Below, one piece after another: positions 13,251 through 26,614 of a stretch of 64,000 bases of DNA. This DNA comes from Mobula hypostoma (taxonomy: Eukaryota). Where the stretch lies: NCBI RefSeq assembly GCF_963921235.1, contig NC_086109.1:7566001-7630000 (forward strand). The letters are read 5' to 3'. Position 1 is the stretch's first letter, and the number at the start of each line of letters is the position of its first letter. The translations under genes were made by a program, and so were the position numbers. The notes beneath the pieces were generated by a model, which saw nothing but the letters and a program-made list of their open reading frames with translations, had not been told where the DNA came from and did no database searches.

Positions 13251-13648
13251 GCTATGGCATCTAGCATAGAGTGGTTCTGTTGGTAAGTATATTGGTGGAA
13301 AAAGTGCAGAAAAGATTTACGAGGATAAATACAATAGATTGTACAGATGCTGGAAGTCCAGAGCAGTGTACACAAAACGCTGGAGGAACTCAGCAGGTCA
13401 GACCTGCTGGTCTAGTTTGGTCTAATGCTGCCTGACCTGCTAACTTCCTCCCACATTTTGTGTGCGTTGCTTAAGATTTACAAGGATGCTGCCAGGACTG
13501 GAGCGACTGAGTTATGGGGAGAGGACTTCATTGCTTAGAGCTTAGGAGACTGAAAGGATATCCGATAAAGATGCATGAAATCAGGAGGGGCGCATATCTG
13601 GTGAATGCACTCAGTTTTTCCCAGGGTTGGGAATCAAGATCGAGAATG

Positions 13649-14000
13649 TTTAAATTTAGAGAAGATTCGATGTTCAATCTTTGAATCTAATCAAGACTTT
13701 CAAACATTGGGGGGACCTTTTCTGAATTATTTTCAAAACCTTTGATTTGCTATTAAAGCACAAATGATGACTAACAATCTTTTATCTTTTTTTTCTACTA
13801 ATCAGCTTCGGTCTTGGTAGTAGGTTAGATTTTTTTTGTATAATAAAATTATTATTCTTCAATGTTATGAACTAATTGACTTGTACGAATATAGGGTAGG
13901 GAGTCTTTATATGCGATTTAGTTTGATGTATTGACATATATATTTTTTCCTGTACTCTGTATTCTTATATATATAAATTAATAAAAATATTGGAAAGAAA
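13649..14000 (+). mobile_element. L1-clade 3' end fragment
   Basis: LNLEKIRCSIFESNQDFQTLGGPFLNYFQNL*, followed by an AT-rich UTR, AATAAA and an A-rich tail. Flanked by ATC(G/T)AGAATGT. Confidence 0.7.
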
Positions 14001-15174
14001 ATCTAGAATGTGTGAGAGAAAAGATCTGAGGGGCAAATTTTCGAACACACATATATCAAAGAGCTGTCAGAGGAAGTAGTTGAGGACATTATAATAACAA
14101 TATTTAAAAGACAGTTATACAGACACATGGACAGAAATGGTTTAGGTGGTTAATACCACCAAATGGAACTGACTTGGATGGACGTCTTGGGCAATATGGA
14201 ACGTAGAACATAGGAACAGGTCTTGCGGCCCACAATGTTGTGCCAAACCAATTAAACTAGTAACCGAATGGTCAACTAAACTAATCTCTTCTACCGACAC
14301 AATGTCCATGTCTTTCCATTTTCCTCACATCCCTATGCCTATCTAAATGTCTCTCAAAAGTCCCCAATGTATTTGCCTCTCCCACCACCCCTGGCAAACA
14401 GGTCAAAGGGCTTGTTTCCTTGTTATATGACCCTATCTCTCTGGTAACCTTGGCATGATGAGAAGTAAGAGCATTTAGCTAAGTAAATAATTGAGCAATT
14501 TATTGCTGCATATCATTAACATTTTTATATACACATGACAGAGATGAACAAAACAATAGCCAGCCATCTAAAGGAGACTCTTAATTGTGCTGGGTGAATC
14601 ACAGAATATTGGAGATGACACTGGATCACCTCTACACATAGGTTACCCTGGCAACCAGATCCTGTTGCTTATCAAGCCTCTCTACATTGCACAGAATCAC
14701 AGAGTCCCAAGTGTTAATGTAGACTGTCTAATTTCACATCAAATGCAGTCACAGTGTGGTCCCTGGCCTGGGGAGGAACATGGTGAGAAATTTCCTTTCC
14801 TGAGCCCCAGGGAGAGACATTTAATTTTTTAATGTTGCCACATTCCACTGGAGCCGATCAGACTTGGTGCTATTAGATGTGGAGAAAAATTAATTAAATT
14901 GAAAATGACGTGAAATTTCTCACCTAATTGGGCTTTGAGCCCACAGCAAAGTGTGAAGGAGAAGACTGGTAAATTGATTACTGTCACATATACTGAGGTA
15001 CAGTACAAACAAGACTTGTACGCCATGCATACAAATCATTTCACTACAGTGTACATTGAGGTAGTACAAGGCAAAACAATAACAGAATGCAGAATTGAGT
15101 GTTAGAGAGAAAGTGCAGTGCAGGCAAATGATAAGGTGCAAAACCGTAATGAAGTACATGGTCAAGAGTCCATC

Positions 15175-15975
15175 TCTGGCGTTATTAGACTTTGTCACAT
15201 GGTGTGAGCAGAATTATCTGCAGCTTAATGTGAAAAAGACTAAGGAGCTGGTGGTAGACCTGAGGAGAGCTAAGGTACCGGTGACCCCTGTTTCCATCCG
15301 GGGGGTCAGTGTGGACATGGTGGAGGATTACAAATATCTGGGGATACGAATTGACAATAAACTGGACTGATCAAAGAACACTGAGGCTGTCTACAAGAAG
15401 GGACAGAGCCGTCTCTATTTCCTGAGGAGACTGAGGTCCTTTAACATCTGCCGGACGATGCTGAGGATGTTCTACGAGTCTGTGGTGGCCAGTGCTATCA
15501 TGTTTGCTGTTGTGTGCTGGGGCAGCAGGCTGAGGGTAGCAGACACCAACAGAATCAACAAACTCATTCGTAAGGCCAGTGATGTTGTGGGGATGGAACT
15601 GGACTCTCTGACGGTGGTGTCTGAAAAGAGGATGCTGTCCAAGTTGCATGCCATCTTGGACAATGTCTCCCATCCACTACATAATGTACTGGTTGGGCAC
15701 AGGAGTACATTCAGCCAGAGACTCATTCCACCGAGATGCAATACAGAGCGTCATAGGAAGTCATTCCTGTCTGTGGCCATCAAACTTTACAACTCCTCCC
15801 CTGGAGGGTCAGACACCCTGAGCCAATAGGCTGGTCCTGGACTTATTTCCTGGCATAATTTACATATTATTATTTAACTATTTATGGTTTTATTACTATT
15901 TAATTATTTATGGTGCAACTGTAATGAAAACCAATTTTCCCCGGGATCAATAAAGTATGACTATGACTATGACTA
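15175..15975 (+). mobile_element. 5'-truncated, relatively intact Rex1/Babar LINE 3' end
   Basis: WCEQNYLQLNVKKTKELVVDLRR, YKYLG, RLYFLRRLRSF, FYESVVASAIMFAVVCWG, (CTATGA)n tail. Confidence 0.85.
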
Positions 15976-18900
15976 TTAGGCATTACCTGAATAGCTTTAT
16001 CCAGGGATGGACAGAGAAGAAAAGGGGGTTGTGGGTGGGGTCTGGGAGGAAGTGCAATGGAATGTGATTCACGGTCCTAGATTGGAGGTCTGTACAGACA
16101 AGATTTAGAAGGGTTGATGACTGGGTCTGGAAACCAAGGCCTGAGGTTTGGGCCAAGACCCTTCTTCATGACTGGAAAGGAAGGGAGAAGATGCCAGAAT
16201 AAAAAGTTGGGTGTGGGGAAGTGGGACTAGCTAGAGGTGATAGGTGATGCTCGGTGGGTGGGACTGTAAAAGGCTGGAGATGAAGGAATCTGACAGGAGA
16301 AGAAAGGGGACCACAGGAGAAAGGAAAGGAGGAGGAGACCCAGGGGGAGGTGAAGGGCAAGTGAGAAGAGGTAAGAGGCCAGAGTGAGGGAATTTTGTAA
16401 CCAGAGGGTGAAATCGATCTTCATGCTATCAGGTTGGAAGTAGAGTACAGAAGGTTGAACCTCCTGGGTTGGCATGCCTGGAAGTCAGAGGTCTGATGTC
16501 TGCAAGTCTGCAAATCTGGATGAGGGCTGATGTCTGAATGCCTGCGAGTCCTGGGGCAGGGACTCAGAATGAGGCCTGATGTCTGTGAGTCTGCAAATCT
16601 GGCTGAGGCCTGACGTCTGCTTGTCTGAGAGTCCTGGGGCAAGGATTCAGGCTGGAGGAGTAACACTTTATATTCTGTCTGGGTAGCCACCAAAATCTAT
16701 TTCTCTAACTCCCGTCTCCCCCTTTTCTCTTTTTCCAGTCCCCATTCTGATTATCCTCACACCTGTTCTCTTCTTCTCACCTGCCCGTCAGCTCCCTCTG
16801 ATCACACTGCTTCCTTTTATCCCGTTGCTTCACTCCCCTCCTATCAGATTCCCTTTTCTTCAACCTTTTATCTTTCCCTCCCAGTTTCTCAATCCATCCT
16901 CCTCCCCCAGCCACACACCTTCTCCTTCTGCCAGATTGTACTCCTTCCCGTCCTCCCACCTTCTTTTTCTGACTTCTGACTTCTTCCTTTCCAGTACTGA
17001 TGAAGATTCTTTGTCGGAAGCATCAGCTGATTATACCTCTCCATAGATGCTGCCTGACTTGCTGATTACAAGTCAGGCCCAACAGCCCACAATGTTGTGC
17101 CTCCCTTTTAACCTACACCAACATCAACCTATCCCTTCCCTCCTAAACAGCCCTCGTTTTTTGTATCATCCATGTGCTTATCTAAGAGTTTCTTAAATGT
17201 CCCCAATGCATCTGCCGGTAGCGCCATCTCTGGCAAGGCATTCCAAGCACCAGCCACTCTTTGTGTAACGAACCTACCTCTGTCTTTCCTCCAATCACCT
17301 GAGAATTATGCCCCTTGAATAAGTCATTTCCGCACTGCCCACTCAATCTACAGTGTGCGTCTTATCACCCTGTACATCTCCATCAAGTCACCTCTCAACC
17401 TCGTTTACTCCAGAGAGAAAAGGCCTAGCTTGCTCGACCTGTCTTCATAAGACATGCTCTCTGGTCCTGGCAGCGTCCTGATAAATCTACCCTGTACCCT
17501 CTTTAAAGCTTCCACATCCTTCCTATAAAGAGGCGCACAGAACTGAACGCAATATTCCAAATGTGGTCTGACCGGGGTTTTATAGAGCTGCAACATTACC
17601 TCACAGATCTTGAACTCAGGCAGTTTCTGCAGCGTTGTGTGTGTTTGGCTCTGGATTTCCAGCATCTGCACAATCTGTTGTGCCTGTCAACTTGCACAGC
17701 AACGTTGAGGGGTAAATCAGGCAAATTTGTACAAATGTACCGCAGGGAGCATTCTAACTGGCCGCATCACTATCTGGTTTGGGGGAGGGGGAATACTGCA
17801 CAGGATAGAAGTAAGCTGCAGAGGGTTGTAAAATTAGTCAGCTCCATCACGGCCACTAACCTCCGTAATATTCAAGACATCTTTAAGGAGCAATGCCTTA
17901 AAAGGTGGCTTCCATCGTTAAGGACCCCCACAACCCAGGACATTCTTTTTCTCATTGCTACCATCCAGATCAGGAAGGAGGTACAGGAGCCTGAAGGCAC
18001 ACACTCAGCGATTCAGGAACAGCTTCTTCCCCTCTGCCATCCGATTCCTAAGTGAAAATTGAACCAATGAACCTCACTACTTTTTTAACATCTTTTTTTG
18101 CACTACTTCTTTAATATAACATTTATTATATGTATTTATACTTGCTGTAATTCACAGTTACATTTTCTATATTATCATGTATTGCATTGTACTGCTGCCA
18201 CAATATTTAACAAATCTCACAACATATGCTGGTGATACTAAACCTGATTCTGGTTAGGGCTGAGGTGAATGACGGAAAGGAACTGAAGGACAGGACAGAA
18301 CATGGCACAAATCCAGCTAAGATCCAATTGAAAGTCCTAAGCTGGTGCAGGGAGAAGTCTGGTTCAACCCTGTACCTATTTCTTATGCAGCTGTAGTATC
18401 AGGAACAATTTACATTGCGCATTCTTGCTCTGTCCATTACCCGTGTCTCTGAGATCACGTTGGCTGGACTCCCAGGGATATTTTATCTGCAAGTCTGTAG
18501 AGTACGAGCTTTGATTGGCAGAGACTGCTGCAGCCTGGACACATAATTCCAAGGGGGACCATAAAAGATGTGGCACGTTAAAAGCATTTGAGCTATGACA
18601 ATAATAATCAATAGTTAATTAAAGTTATCTGTGCAAGCAGAGATCATTATTTAGTGCCGTGTCATTTTAATGCTTTAGCACTGCGGTAACAATGCTCATG
18701 GCAAGGAGACGAGGGATAACGTAATGGACAGAGGAGGAGGGCATTTGGCTCAGCTCCTAGCAGAAAAATTCAATCTGCCCCATTACCCAGCTTCCCCCCC
18801 AAAAAAAATTCTTTCTTCAGAATGTCTTATTTGTTTTATTTATCTGTTTAAAGATACATGCAGATTGTCCTTCCGGCCTAACGAGCCGCCCTCGCCCAGC

Positions 18901-19542
18901 AACATACCTGTTTAACTCTAGCCTAATCACAGAACAATTTACAATGTCCATCCGACTGACCAAACGGTACATTTTGGAACGTGGGAGGAAATTGGAGCAC
19001 CCACGCGCTCATGGGGGTGATGTATAAACTTCTTACAGATGGCTTCGGAACTGAACTCCGAACTCGGGTGCCCTGAGCTGTAAATACGCCGAGCTAACCA
19101 CTACGGTACCATCGCACCCCAGCACAGGACAGTTTTGAAATTGATTCTGTTTTCACCTCCTCAACTAGCAAAGCGGAACTGGTAGATTATTCACCTGCGA
19201 ATCTGCTGGGGTCATCTATTGTGGCTGGCGCTCCCGATGTGGCCTCCTCTACAATGGTGAGACCCGTCGTAAATTGGGGGACTGCTTCACTGAGCTGCTC
19301 TGCTCCATCCGCCAAAAGCGGAAATTCATGGTGGCCAAACATTTTAATTCCAATTCTCATTTCCATTTCAACATGTTGGTCCATGGCATCCTCTCGTGCC
19401 GCGATAAGGCCACCCTCAGGGTAGAGGAGCAATGCCTTATATTCTGTTTGGGTAGCCTCCAATCTGATGAAATGAATATCAATTTCTCCTTCTGGTAATT
19501 TTTCCCCCACCCTGCTCTCTTCTTCTATTCCCCACTCTTCTC

Positions 19543-20800
19543 CATAAGACCATAAGACCATAAGACAAAGGAGCAGAAGTCGGCCATTCGGCCCATCGAG
19601 TCTGCTCTGCCATTTTATCATGAGCTGATCCATTCTCCCATTTAGTCCCATTCCCCCGCCTTCTCACCATAACCTTTGATGCCCTGGCTACTCAGATACC
19701 TATCCATCTCTGCCTTAAATACACCCAATGACTTGGCCTCCACTGCCGCCCGTGGCAACAAATTCCATAGATTCACCACCCTCTGGCTAAAAAAAAATTC
19801 TTCGCATCTCTGTTCTGAAAGGGCACCCTTCAATTCTTAAGTCATGCCCTCTCGTACTAGACTCCCCCATCATGGGAAACAACTTTGCCATATCCACTCT
19901 GTCCATGCCTTTCAAAATTCAAAATGTTTCTATGAGGTCCCCCTTCATTCTTCTAAACTCCAAGGAATACAGTCCAAGAGCGGATAAACGTGCCTCATAT
20001 GTTAACCCTCTCATTCCCGGAATCATTCTAGTGAATCTTTTCTATATCCTCTCCAACGCCAGCACATCCATTCTTAAATAAAGAGCCCAAAACTGCCACA
20101 GTACTCCAAGTGAGGTCTTACCAGCACCTTATAGAGCCTCAACATCACATCCCTGCTCCTATACTCTATTCCTCTAGAAATGAATGCCAACATTGCATTC
20201 GCCTTCTTCTCCACCGACTCAACCTGGAGGTTAACCTTAAGGGTATCCTGCATGAGGACTCCCAAGTCCCGTTGCATCTCAAAACTTTGAATTCTCTCCC
20301 CATTTAAATAATAGTCTGCCCGTTTATTTCTTCTGCCAAAGTGCATAACCATACACTTTCTAACATTGTATTTCATTTGCCACTTCTTTGCCCAATCTTC
20401 CAATCTATCCAAGTCTCTCTCTGCAGACTCTGTTTCCTCAGCACCACCAGCCCCTCCACCTATCTTCGTATCATCAGCAAACTTAGCCACAAAGCCATCT
20501 ATTCCATAATCCAAATCGTTGATGTACAACGTAAAAAGAAGCAGCCCCAACACCAACCCCTGTGGAACACCACTGGTAACCGGCAGTCAACCAGAATAGG
20601 ATCCCTTTATTCCCACTCACTGTTTCCTGCCAATCAGCCAACACTCTATCCACGTATGTAACTTTCCCATAATTCCATGGGCTCTTATCTTGTTAAGCAG
20701 CCTCATGTGTGGCACCTTGTCAAAGGCCTTCTGAAAATCTAAATATACAACATCCACTACATCTCCCTTGTCTAGCCTACTTGTAACTTCCTCAATAATT
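19543..20800 (-). mobile_element. 5'-truncated CR1 LINE, 5-bp TSD TTCTC
   Basis: KFADDTKIGG, WQMKYNV, LVRPHLEYC; tail (CATAAGAC)3 on +. TTCTC at 19538-19542 and 20801-20805. Confidence 0.9.
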
Positions 20801-20983
20801 TTCTCATCTGCCTATCACCTCCTCCTGAATCCCTTCTTCCTTCCCTTTCTCACACGCCCACTCTCCTCTCCTATCAGATTCCTTCCTCTCCAGCCCTTCA
20901 CCTTTCCCACCCTCCTGCCCTCACCCATCACCTTCCAGCTATCCCCCCACCTTTTTACACTGGCATCTTCCCCCCTTCCTTTC

Positions 20984-21021
20984 CAATCCTGAAGAAGGGT
21001 CTTGCCCTGAAACGTCGACTG
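20984..21021 (+). ncRNA. Minimal hammerhead motif at the PLE 3' end
   Basis: CAATC-CTGAAGA-AGGGTCTTGCCCT-GAAA-CG-TC-GACTG. Stem II is AGGG/CCCT; one mismatch in stem I. Confidence 0.6.
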
Positions 21022-23739
21022 TTTATTCATTTCCACAGATGCTGCCTGACCTGCTGAGTTCCTCCAGCATTTTGTCTGTGTTGCTCTGGATTTCCAGCAT
21101 CTGCAGAATTTCTGGTGAGTAGGTACAATGTATGTTTAATTAATGGTTTTCTTACCTGATCCTAAATGCCTGTGATGCTTCTGCAAGTAAGTTTTTCATT
21201 ACACCCACGCATACATGTGCAAATAACAATGAAAACTTTGGCAGGTGTTCCCTGGGTCTACTGGCTAAAAGTATGACTATCACTTAGGAGAAAGAATGAA
21301 TCTCAAATGACTTGCGATTTGAACTAATGTGCAAAACAAAACTCGTACCTGTGTGGTTCCTCGGTCGTGGGGCTTTTAAGCAGAATGCAGCAGGTCAGTG
21401 GACAGATCAGGTTCCATGTGCATTTACCTTTGTCCGAGTCACACGCATGTTGATGCTACTGAACGGGGAAACACCCCTGTTGTTCAAATGTTGGCTGTCT
21501 GTCAATGGTTAGGGAGCGATTCCCTGGAGCCTGTGTCACTTGTCACCGACTTCAGGGACTACATCAGCAGTCCTGGGGTTCCCGTAAGCCTGTCAGTATT
21601 TCCGCCATTCTTGCTGTACTTCTTGTAGTTGTTCCCAGTTTGTTATCGGCTTTGCCGCTTACTCCATCTTGCCTGTCCCTCTCCTGTGTCTCAGAGCTCA
21701 GTGATGCTTTATGCCATAAGGCACAGGAGCAGAATTAGGCCATTTTATCCACCACGGCGGACCGCGGTAATGTAGCAGTTACGCGACGCTGTTACAATTT
21801 GGTGCATCAGAGAGCAGTATCAATTCCGGCGCTGTCTGTGAGAAGTTTTACATTCTTTGCATGTTTCATCCGGGTGCCAGTTTCCTCTCACATTCCAAAG
21901 ACATTCTGGGCTTAGTAGGTTAATTGTCTGTTGTAAACTGTCCCGTGATTAGGCCAGGGTTAAATAGGTGGGTTGCTGGCAGTGGGGCTCATTGGGCTGG
22001 GGGGGGTCCTGTTCTGAGCTGTATCTCTAAATAAAAATAAAACTAATTTTCCTTCTCAAGCCCACTCCCCATAACCATTGACCTCCTTCCTAATCAAGAA
22101 CCTATCAGCCTCCACTTTAAATCTACCCAAAGACTTGGCCTCCACAGCCATCTGTGGCAATGAATTCCACAGATTCACCACCCTCTGGCATTCGAAAACC
22201 ATCACAATGTTGCCAGAGTGGCTGTTGTACCTTACCATTGATTCTCTAACCTTACAACCCACACAGACTTTAAGGACATTTGCCGCAGGGTCCATCTCAT
22301 TAGGGCACACAAAACACAAGACTTTCCAGGAGACTGTAATGAGTTTGGAACTCGCTGCCTTTCTCTGGAAGCCAACTGCCAGAGACTGAAGATTTAATGG
22401 GAGCTCCCACAGAGCACATTCAATTTCACAACTGAGCAGTTGTACACTTTGAAGAGAATGACCATAAGACTGTGCTTCGGAGAATACGCTTTAGGTTGTG
22501 CTGTCGAACTGGTAATTGATGATTCTAATCTTTCAAGCCCTAATATAATATACAACCCATTGGCCTTGCTCATCTTAATCCCATGTTAAGTTGTTTCTCA
22601 ATCTAATGGCATTTGTCTTCAGTTTTTATAGTTAATGAGGAAGCCAGCAAATCATGTTGGCCTTTCGGCCGCTCAGTAGCACAACGGCAAGGCTGGAACT
22701 TTACAACACTTGCTGCAAGATCAGGGTTCAATTCCTGCTGCTGTCTGTAAGCAGTCTGTACTTTCTCCGTGTGACCACGTGGATTTCCTCCAAGTGCTCC
22801 GGTTTCTTCCCACATTCCAAAGACATAGGGGTTAGGATTTGTAAGTTGTGGGCTTGCTATACCTACACTTGTGGACTGCCCCCAGTATATCTTTAGGTTG
22901 CATCCCAAACAGTGTAGAAGATTGAGGAGAGATTTAATACAGCTAAAGGACATTGTGAGGGGTACAGAGAGGGTAAATGCAAGCAGGCTTTCACCACTGA
23001 GGCTGGGTGACACCAGAACTGGAGGTCATGGGTTAAGGATGAAAGGTGAAAAGTTTAAGGGGAAACTTCTTCACTCAGAGGATCAGGAGAGTGTGGAATG
23101 AGCTGGCAACACAAGTGGTCCATGCGAGCAACATTTAAGAGAAGGTTGGATAGGTGTATGGATGGTAGGGGTATGGAGGTGCTGTGATCTGGGTGCAGGC
23201 CAATGGGAGTAGGTAGTTTAAATGATTCAGAATGGACTATGTGGGCTGAAGGGCCTGTTTCTGTGCTGTGACTCTAGAAAGCATTTCACTGGATGTTGCG
23301 ATGTCCATTTGATTCTGAGCTTGAATCTGAAGGCCAGATTTGAATGAAATACTCGAGATGTGACCAAACCAGACTTTTGTAAAGCTCTCGCTCAGCCTTC
23401 CACAAATCACTGGGCTGGAGTGACAGGAGGAGAAGTCCAGAAGTTCTGTTGTAACACTGATGGAAAACTTTGACTCAGCAGAGATTGAATAGCTTAGGAC
23501 TTGATTACCTAAAGCAGAGGTGAATGAGGGGAGATTTGCTAGAGGTATACAAAATTATTAGGGTTATAGATAGGGTAAATGCAAGCAGGCTTTTTCCACT
23601 GAGATTGCGTGAGACTAGAACTAGAGATCATGGGTTAAGGGTGAAAGTGGAGCCTGACTCTAACCTCTAACTCAGAGGGTGGTGAAAGTGTGGAACTGGT
23701 TGCCACTGGAAGTGGTGGATGTGAGTTTCAATTTCAACA

Positions 23740-24330
23740 TTTCAAAGTTTTCAAAGGAACATTTAATCTGAGAGGAATGTATACAATATACATCATGAAA
23801 TGCTTTTTCTTCAGAACCATCCACGGAAACGGAGGAGTGCCCCCAAAGAATGAATGACAGTTAAATGTTGGAATCCCAAAGTAACCCCCCCCAGCTCCCC
23901 TCCCTCCTGCAACTAAGTGGCAGCAAGCAACAATCCCCCCTCCTGCACCTGTAAAAAAACGCATCAGCACCCACCACCGAGCACTCAAGCGTGAGCAAAG
24001 CAACAGCCAAGACGCAGACTTGCAGTTACCCCAAAGGCTACTTGTTCACCCGGTATTTGACATACCACAGGCTCTCTCTCTCTCTCTCTCTCCCTAATAA
24101 GGGAGGAAGAGGTGTCTCCGTTTCACAGCGAGAGGGGAGACAATAACAAACAACTCGCTGGTTGCGATGTTAAAAGTCCGTCGCCACACTTTTTCCAAGC
24201 TCTGTGCCCAAATATCTCGGGTCTCTGGGTACACAGCCTTAGATCTTCCGACACTCAGGACACCCCGGTCTTCTGCCTGGACACTGACCTCCGATCCACC
24301 CGTCTTCAGAGCCACAAAATCTCAGCCCTC
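23740..24330 (-). mobile_element. Unclassified short retroelement inserted in a CR1 3' end (related fragment at ~51265-51570)
   Basis: Splits CR1 TTTCAACAT|TTAAGAGAAATTTGG. Has a (TTTGAA)-like tail and shares blocks with 51265-51570. Confidence 0.55.
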
Positions 24331-26614
24331 CCATTTAAGAGAAATTTGGATAGATAAATGGATGGGAGGGCTATGGTCTGGATGTAGTTTGAGGGGAATA
24401 GGCAGAATTATAGTTTGGTGCGGTCTAGATGAACTGACGGGCCTAGTTCTGTTCTACAGTGCTGTGTGAATCTGTGACTCCATGACACCAGTACTGTCAA
24501 AAATGAAGGCAACTAAATCTTTGTGATGAAACAACAAGGCTTCAAGTCGGTCCTCCAAGCTGCCAAGGTCCACAAAGACCATTATATACCAATCATTATT
24601 CCCACTCACCTGCACTTGGACCATAGCCTTGTGAGTCAAAAAAAAAACATTTATCAATCATCAAGAAATCCTTAGGCTATTTAAAAATCTCCTCTCTTTC
24701 TTTCCAGTCCTGATGAGGGGTATTGAGCCAAACGTTATCTGTCTATTTCCCTCCACAGATGCTGCCTGACCTACTGAGTTCCTCCAGTGTTTTGTGTACT
24801 GCTCCGAACACTTTAAAAGCACATTTTGATAAACTTAGACAAAAATCTAAGCAGATTGATATGTGCCTTCACCTTTCATGGCCACTCCTCTCTGTTGACA
24901 TAATAGAGGAAAGATATTTGTACATTGGGTCCAACAAGGTATAGGTGATCCAGCAGGTTCCCACCTTAAGTGCAACTTGGCACTCCCAGCTGTCCATAAG
25001 ACCATAAGGCATAGGAACAGCATTAGTCCATTCAGCCCATTGAGTCTGCTGCACCATTCCATCATGGCTGATTTATTATCCCTCTCAACCCCATTCTCTT
25101 GCCTTCTCCCCATAATCTTTGACATCCTTACTAATCAAGAACCTATCAATCTCCGCATTAAATGTACCACCTGTGGCAATGAATTCCACAGATTCACTAA
25201 CCCCTGGATAAATAAATTCCTCCTGATCTCTGTTCTAAAGGGATGACCTTCTATTCTGAGAATAGGCCCTCTGGTCCTAGACTCCACCACTATGAGAAAT
25301 ATCCCCTCCACATCCACTCAGTCTAGGCCTTTCAATATTCATTTTGGGTTCTATAAGATTCTTCCCTCAATCTTCTAAAATTAAGGCCCCAGAGCCATCA
25401 AATGTTCCTTGTATATTTACCCTTTCATTCTCGAGTTGCGTTCTCCTGAACCTCCTCCAGACCCTCTGCAATGCAAGCACATCCTTCCTTAGATAACGGG
25501 CCCAAAATGCTCACAATACTCCAAGTGTGGTCTGAACACAGGGAAAGTTCTCCACAATATCCAAGTCTTTAAGCTTCTGCAGACCCAACAGTGATTTTTG
25601 ATCTTCAGGAACATTGGAAGTATAATGAGCATATTGTTTTAAGGTTAAACTGGGGAGATTACTGCTTGCTGCCAGTCCCAAGTGGAATGAGGCATCCTTT
25701 GCCGGCTGTTGACGTGGGATTAGAAGGAATTCACCAAAATATCAAATGAACAGTGCAGTCAGATGCAATCCATTGGACACAGAACATGGATATAAACTGC
25801 TTTCCATGCAGGAGAAACAAAGGCAATGCATCTCCTCCTTGGTATGATAACCCAGAGCTTAAGATAATGACAGGGATGGTAAATCAATGCGCAGAGTCTA
25901 AGAATCTGCCAACAATGTGCATTTTGTTGATGATTAATTTTATCTTGCAATTGGTGATACTAGAAGGTTATCTCCTGGGACTGCAGAGAAGTTGCTTCTG
26001 ATTGAAGGTAATAGTTCTGGTTCATTGAAGATTAACGTTTCAGATTGCTGATTTGTGGCAGCCTGTGGAGTGCATACTTCCAGCTTGTCTTGCTCGGAAG
26101 CTTACTAATGGCTTTTCTATTGATTCGGGGGCTGGCCTTGTGAATGCCTGTTCGTCCTCTGTTGCTGAAGAAGACAAATCAGATGCATTTCAATTGATGG
26201 TGCGAAGGGATTATAAAGCCTATACTCGCTGGAGTTTAGAAGAATGAGGGGTGATTTCATTGAAACCTATCAGATTCTGAAAGATTTAGACAGGCAGGAT
26301 GTTTCCTACAGTGGGGGAGTCTCGGGCCAGAGGGCGCAGCCTCAGAATACAAAGACGTTTCCTTAAAATGAAGATGAGGAGGAATTTCTTTAGCAAGAGG
26401 ATGGATAATCTGTGGAATTCATTGCCACGTATTGCAGTGGAGGCCAAGTCATTGGGTATATTTATAGTTGAGGTTGAATAAGGGCATCATAGTTACGGGG
26501 AGCAGGCAGGAGAAAGAGGTTGAGAGGGATAATTAATCTGCCATGATGGGATGGTGGAGCAGACTTGATGGGCTGAATGAACTAATTCTGCTCCTGTGGT
26601 TTATGGTCTGATCT

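Larger units (their letters stand above)
19187..21115 (+). mobile_element. Penelope-like element 3' part (GIY-YIG endonuclease + terminal repeat), split by CR1
   Basis: FTCESAGVIYC....CGLLYNGETRRKLGDCFTE (GIY-YIG), then VAKHFNS..H. The pyrimidine-rich UTR and hammerhead motif resume after 20800. Confidence 0.8.

Noticed and set aside
21312..21720. Possible coding exon in unique sequence
   Set aside because: No recognisable peptide and no consistent acceptor/donor pair on either strand.
24700..24745. Hammerhead motif CAGTCCTGATGAGGGGTATTGAGCCAAACGTT
   Set aside because: GAAA core mutated and stems lost, so it is counted only as a decayed copy.
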